Below, one piece after another: positions 59,418 through 64,000 of a stretch of 64,000 nt of DNA. A model generated the notes under the pieces. It was not told the DNA's origin, made no database searches, and was given only the letters and a program-made list of their open reading frames with translations. This DNA is from Nitrosopumilus sp. (GTDB lineage Bacteria; Desulfobacterota; Binatia; UBA1149; SPBQ01), in contig CAXQPB010000119.1 in NCBI GenBank assembly GCA_964225545.1, positions 997-64,996 on the forward strand, written 5' to 3'. The position numbers and the translations under genes are program-made. Each line of letters opens with the position of its first letter. Position 1 is the stretch's first letter.

Positions 59418-60488
59418 TCAGGGGCGGGCAGGTACGTCAGGTTCCAGCTGAATGGAATCCCAATTCTGCTTGTCCTCGACACCCGCCTGCTTGTCCTCCT
59501 CGGACTTCCTGAATTCAGCGTCCTTCATCGAGAACTCGGCGAGTTTGATGAGTTTGAAAGCGCCGATGAAATCAATCGATATCGGGAAGGGCGCGCTGGC
59601 CATACTCGACTGGACATAGCTTCCGGACATCTTGTCGGAGCCGACCTCTCGAAACCCGTAAATCGCGATCGTCGTTCCGCCCCCAAGAGCCGGGTTTCCC
59701 TTCATCGTGGAGATCATCGCGAACTCGGTAGATTCAAGGTTGGGATCCTTTCGCAGCTCGAGCTCGTAGTCGTCAGCGCCGACCACGCGGTGTTCTCCCC
59801 CGACAAACAGGGAATACTCGGGCGACTCCAGCCGGTACCAGTTCTTGCCGGCTGCATCGATCTGAGCACTGGAAGGCATGAACAGGGACTTTCCCTGCCG
59901 CGCAGCCTCTACCTCGTCGGCGAAAGGGAGAACTCCATCGAGCCACTGAACGAATATCGTCTCGCCCGTAATCACGCTCGCTCCGTCAATCTCCTCAACC
60001 TTGGATCCATACCGGATCTTGACGATATTCGCGGCCGTCTGCTTCAGGGAGGGGCGCACGATCGTGATGATCGCCCAATCCTTGTCGTCGATCGCTGCGA
60101 GTCGTTCACTGAGGCCTTCGACTCCCGCGACCGGCAGGCCGTCCACCGCTGTAATAATGTCCCCTTTGAAGAGGGTCGCTCCCTTGGTGTGCTCGCCGCT
60201 GACCTCCTCGGTCAGAACTGCGCCCGTATCGCCCGGCATCAGAGGCCTGAGTTCCGCAGGGACCGGCGCGACGGGGAACGTCTGCTGTTTGTCCGACTTG
60301 AACTCGACCCGCATCCGGAATGTGGGGGCCGTATAGTAAAGGCCGAGCCAGACGGCGCCGACGTCGGCGCCGATCCGGCCATCGACCTTCGTGGTCTGCA
60401 GAAAGCCGACCGCGCGACCCGGAACCAGACCCAGGACCGCACAAATCAGGATTGCGCCCAGCATTTTCGTGTTCACCAGCTGCTTCAT
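59418..60488 (-). CDS. Exported PDZ-domain hypothetical protein
   Basis: Signal peptide; GAVLTEEV...LFKGDIITAVDGLPV PDZ-like segment. Confidence 0.7.
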   Translation of the reverse strand: MKQLVNTKMLGAILICAVLGLVPGRAVGFLQTTKVDGRIGADVGAVWLGLYYTAPTFRMRVEFKSDKQQTFPVAPVPAELRPLMPGDTGAVLTEEVSGEHTKGATLFKGDIITAVDGLPVAGVEGLSERLAAIDDKDWAIITIVRPSLKQTAANIVKIRYGSKVEEIDGASVITGETIFVQWLDGVLPFADEVEAARQGKSLFMPSSAQIDAAGKNWYRLESPEYSLFVGGEHRVVGADDYELELRKDPNLESTEFAMISTMKGNPALGGGTTIAIYGFREVGSDKMSGSYVQSSMASAPFPISIDFIGAFKLIKLAEFSMKDAEFRKSEEDKQAGVEDKQNWDSIQLEPDVPARP

Positions 60489-60893
60489 CAAGAACCTCCG
60501 AACGGAATATAAATCAGAATTTACGGGGATTTCGGCCACCGCCGGCGACACTCACCCGCGGAACAGGTGACGCCACGACCGGGGATGACAGGCACTTTCC
60601 GGGGAATTCCGACGTTCCAATCTGCTATACACGTGCGTGGATGAGGAAGGCAAATCTGACCGTTCCCCTTGTGCCATGCGGATTTCCGGCGGCGGACTGT
60701 GGCCCGTTCAGCTTGACAACCGAGGCTGGCAGCGGATAAATCCAATGAGGTTTCTGTAGGCCAGACGGCGACGAGACCCGAGCCGACACAACCGGGAAAC
60801 CCCGGTCGAGCTTTCGCGACGTGCTTCACGGTTTACCTGGACGACATGACGAACACGATCATTCACTCGACGAACAATTCAAGGAGCAGTGGG

Positions 60894-62378
60894 ATGCAGA
60901 GATGGACGAGCAGGTTGGCAGCGGCCGCCACAGCAATGGTGCTGGCAATCGGATCAGTCGGTTGCAGCGATGATGACGCCTCACGGCTGGTCACCCAGAT
61001 TTTCGGTAATCTACTCGGGTCGGGCGAGTACAGCTCGCTGAGCGTCACCGTCGATCAGGACGTTGTCGGAACACTCATCGATACCACCACCTGCGACATC
61101 GCCGATGCTCTCGAGAGCTGCGACGTCACGATCACCCCGGGTTCGGGGAACATGCAGGTCGCCAACGGCGAAATCCTCAGCAGCACGACATCGAGCACGC
61201 TGTACAGCGGGCCCATCCAGGTCACGATCGACAACTGCACCGATCCGATTCGGGCCTTCTCCAATCTCTTCCGCTGCGTCACCGTTGAGAACGCCGGTGA
61301 GATTGAGGTCCTCTTCGACGCAGACGCGACCTGCCAGCCCGGGTCCGACTGCGAGGAAGCGCCGCAAATCTGCGTGACCTCTGCCGGCGCGGACGATTTC
61401 TGCGGCGAGACGCCGCCGACGACGACAGTGTCGACGAGCTCGAGCACGACTACTTCGAACACCGATCCGCCGACGACGTCGACCTCGACCACGTCAACCA
61501 CGACCACATCCACAACCTTGCCGCAGCAGGCAACGCGATGTGACATCACCTTCAGCGTGACGAGCACCGCGCCCGGCGGCATACTCGGAGCGCTGTCCTT
61601 TAACACGGTTTACCCGCCAACCGGGAATTTCGACGGTTCCGCAGCGGCCGTCGATTGCACGGCCCTGGTCTCAGGCGTGCTCCCCTCGTTCAACAACCAG
61701 GAGCCGAACAACACTCTGTTGACGGGAATGATCGGTGTCCCTGGCTTCGGCGTCCCCGCCGATGTCAGCCAGTGTACGTACCTGTCCAACGACGGGATTC
61801 CCGAAGCCGTGGATTTCGCGATTACAGTGACAGACGCTGCGACGCCGGATCTGTCCGACGTAACAGCCACCACCACCGTGGAGATCACGGAAATCGCGTG
61901 TGACGATACGCCGGTGACGACCACGACTTCGCCGTCCACCTCGTCTTCGTCGAGTTCGACGTCGACCAGCAGCACGCTGACGACGACCACCACGGACGGA
62001 GGCGCTCTGGCCGAGTACGACGTGTTCTTCGCGATCGCAGAGGCAGCGACCTACGGTGCTCTCCAGTTCACGGCGAACTACGCCGCGGCCCCCGGAGGCT
62101 TCATCGGAAGCGGCGCTGGCGTCGACTGTGCCCTGGTGCCGGCAGCGAACACACTCAATGCCTTCAATGACATTGAGGCCGAGTCGAATCTGAACATCGG
62201 CATCATCGCCCTGTTCGGGTTCACCACGTCGGCTGGTGAGCAGATCGTGCGCTGCGGCTTCGAGGGGACCTCGATGCCTACGGCCGCCGACTTCGTCGTG
62301 GCCGTGCAGGATTCCTCGGATACAGGCGGACAGCCGCTCCCCGCGACGATTACGATCGGAAGCATCGTGCCCCGGTAG
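60894..62378 (+). CDS. Lipoprotein with Thr/Ser-rich linkers and two tandem cohesin-like repeats (putative scaffoldin)
   Basis: AAGGAG RBS; lipobox LAIGSVG|C; two homologous ~120-aa beta-rich repeats (GALSFNTVY/GALQFTANY), each preceded by a poly-Thr/Ser linker. Confidence 0.8.
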   Translation: MQRWTSRLAAAATAMVLAIGSVGCSDDDASRLVTQIFGNLLGSGEYSSLSVTVDQDVVGTLIDTTTCDIADALESCDVTITPGSGNMQVANGEILSSTTSSTLYSGPIQVTIDNCTDPIRAFSNLFRCVTVENAGEIEVLFDADATCQPGSDCEEAPQICVTSAGADDFCGETPPTTTVSTSSSTTTSNTDPPTTSTSTTSTTTTSTTLPQQATRCDITFSVTSTAPGGILGALSFNTVYPPTGNFDGSAAAVDCTALVSGVLPSFNNQEPNNTLLTGMIGVPGFGVPADVSQCTYLSNDGIPEAVDFAITVTDAATPDLSDVTATTTVEITEIACDDTPVTTTTSPSTSSSSSSTSTSSTLTTTTTDGGALAEYDVFFAIAEAATYGALQFTANYAAAPGGFIGSGAGVDCALVPAANTLNAFNDIEAESNLNIGIIALFGFTTSAGEQIVRCGFEGTSMPTAADFVVAVQDSSDTGGQPLPATITIGSIVPR

Positions 62379-62428
62379 TAATCGAGAGAAAAAAGACTCT
62401 CGGAGATTCTCCGAGGGTCGATCGAACG

Positions 62429-62460
62429 AAGGGGGTCGGCTCAGCCGGCCCCCTTTTTTC
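62429..62460 (+). terminator. Rho-independent terminator
   Basis: AAGGGGGTCGGC-TCA-GCCGGCCCCCTT followed by a T-tract. Confidence 0.85.
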
Positions 62461-62590
62461 TTGCTCTGCGGATGCGGAATACCTTTTTCCGGCAGCGCAC
62501 TTGAGTGGGGCCTGACAGTTTCCTATTGTGCTGAGCCGTTTATCAGCCCAGCCTGAGCGAAGGGCCCGGCCCGAACTGGAGGACACCCCT

Positions 62591-64000
62591 ATGATTTCTT
62601 TCATGAGACACGCGCTTTCTGCGATTGCGCTCTTTGCGTGCGTCGCCGCCGCGCCCGGAACATCCGACGCGGCAAACGGAGACTGCGGTCAGCCGCTCAG
62701 CAACGGCGACATACCGACGGCATCAGATGCACTGAACACGCTTCAGACGGCCGTCCAGATCGCTGACTGCAACAACTTCGACGAGTGTGTCTGCGATGTG
62801 GACGGTAACGGTTCGGTGACCGCAACCGACGCGCTGACGCTGCTTCAGATTGCTACACAGATTCAAAGCGTCGACGCGCTGAATTGCGACTGTGGTTCAC
62901 CTGTCGAACGAGCCCAGTGCAGCTCCGGCCAGCTGGTCACTCTACCCGGGTCCGACATCGACGCCGGCTGGAACGGCCTGGGTCATAACCAGGGGCTGAT
63001 CGACGGCGCCGGAATCACGGCCGCGGTTGTGAAGCGCTGCGCTCTGGACAACGACATTGTCTGTAAGACCTCTGCAGACTGTCCGGGCGGGACATGCGAC
63101 CTGACTTGTCTTTGCGACAGCGACTCGCCGAGCGAGCAGCTTTGTGAAGTCACCGGCCCCACCGGCCCGGGTCGCTGCCTGAGAGACCTCAGTCTGTGCG
63201 AAGTCGACGCAGACTGCGCGAGTCCGCAGACGTGCGAGTCTTTCTTCGGTCCGCCGCTGCCACTCTCTTCCTCGGGGACACCGGCTTGCATCACGACATA
63301 CTTCGCCGAGCCCATTGTCGGCACGGCGGACTCAGGCACCGGCGAGGGTTCGGTTCGCGCATTCCTGCGCTCTCGCGTCCACCTCGGCGTGGGCGCGGCC
63401 ACCCCGTGCCCGACTTGCGGAGCGGCGAACCAGTCGCCTCAGGTGGGCGATACGTTCAGCTGTGGTAACGGGTCGCCGAATACCGGCGCCACCTGCACAG
63501 TGGACGCGGTCAGCCCGCTGTTCGGCGGTGTCTCGTTCGATTGCCCTCCCGATTCTGCGTCGAACGTGTCCGGGCAAGGACTCGCGATCATCTTCACCCA
63601 GGCGACAACTGGAATTGTTGAGCGGCAGGCGGTCCTGCCCTGTGCCGGCAACCTGGCATTCCTGCATCCTTCGTCCGGTGCCGCATTCTGCATGGATAAC
63701 CAGACAGAATCCTGTTCAACCAACTCCGACTGCACCCGCTGCACGGACGACCTGACACCGTGCGCCAGCGACGCGGAATGCAACCCGGGAGCAAGCTGCG
63801 CAGAATCTCCTGACCAGCCCATCTCCTGTGGAATCTACTGCCATTGTGGATTCTGCGGTGGCGGCACCGATGTTGACCAACCTTGCTTCAGTGACGCAGA
63901 CTGCGATGAGGGCGATACCTGTGCTCAGGGTGGCCAACCGGGCGGGCCGATCGGCCAGGCCAGTCCCAATGGCTGCGCTAACTTTATCTGCGGGCAGGAG
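62591..64000 (+). CDS. Secreted Cys-rich protein with N-terminal dockerin-like module; runs off the window end and is absent from the ORF track
   Basis: GGAGG RBS; MISFMRHALSAIALFACVAAAPGTSDAANGDCGQPLSNGDIPTASDALNTLQTAV...CDVDGNGSVTATDALTLLQIA...GWNGLGHN...FFGPPLPLSS; no stop noticed before 64000. Confidence 0.88.
   Translation, partial: MISFMRHALSAIALFACVAAAPGTSDAANGDCGQPLSNGDIPTASDALNTLQTAVQIADCNNFDECVCDVDGNGSVTATDALTLLQIATQIQSVDALNCDCGSPVERAQCSSGQLVTLPGSDIDAGWNGLGHNQGLIDGAGITAAVVKRCALDNDIVCKTSADCPGGTCDLTCLCDSDSPSEQLCEVTGPTGPGRCLRDLSLCEVDADCASPQTCESFFGPPLPLSSSGTPACITTYFAEPIVGTADSGTGEGSVRAFLRSRVHLGVGAATPCPTCGAANQSPQVGDTFSCGNGSPNTGATCTVDAVSPLFGGVSFDCPPDSASNVSGQGLAIIFTQATTGIVERQAVLPCAGNLAFLHPSSGAAFCMDNQTESCSTNSDCTRCTDDLTPCASDAECNPGASCAESPDQPISCGIYCHCGFCGGGTDVDQPCFSDADCDEGDTCAQGGQPGGPIGQASPNGCANFICGQE

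Noticed and set aside
59391-60512. 373-aa plus-strand ORF opposite the PDZ gene
   Set aside because: The minus-strand ORF has a signal peptide and PDZ pattern; this one starts just after a plus-strand terminator.
60640-60830. Possible c-di-GMP riboswitch upstream of the scaffold gene (GGCAAA, GAAA hairpin)
   Set aside because: The elements are too far apart and lack the GEMM P1/P2 arrangement.
61410-62000. ACG/ACC/TCG-rich repetitive DNA as a possible CRISPR or tandem repeat
   Set aside because: It encodes poly-Thr/Ser linkers; there are no fixed-length repeat-spacer units and no cas genes.

Overview
High-GC bacterial chromosome segment. Gene content and the Cys-rich secreted proteins suggest a deltaproteobacteria-like diderm, possibly Ca. 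Binatia (inference only). Bases 1-50,000 are mostly housekeeping and envelope genes: dnaK-grpE, recO-glyQS-ppdK-aroE, tmk-holB-metG-tatD, fur, a moeA pair, pyrF-proS-ROK, rpoD, exeAB, pabBC and dxr. They also contain a compact ComG-like type IV filament locus split by an acyl-CoA dehydrogenase pair, and two GT-C-type membrane glycosyltransferases. Bases 50,000-64,000 form a cell-surface region: a cobalamin riboswitch, a TonB-dependent receptor, a dockerin-bearing beta-propeller, tRNA-Sec, a DUF1302-like outer-membrane protein and several Cys-rich secreted proteins. The top candidate for an undescribed system is a cellulosome-like but apparently non-cellulolytic cohesin-dockerin assembly. It comprises a lipoprotein scaffold with tandem cohesin-like repeats and Thr-rich linkers (60894-62378), plus two dockerin-tagged clients: a Cys-rich protein (62591 onward) and the riboswitch-controlled propeller (52473-53813). 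All family calls come from motif recognition by eye; no searches were run.
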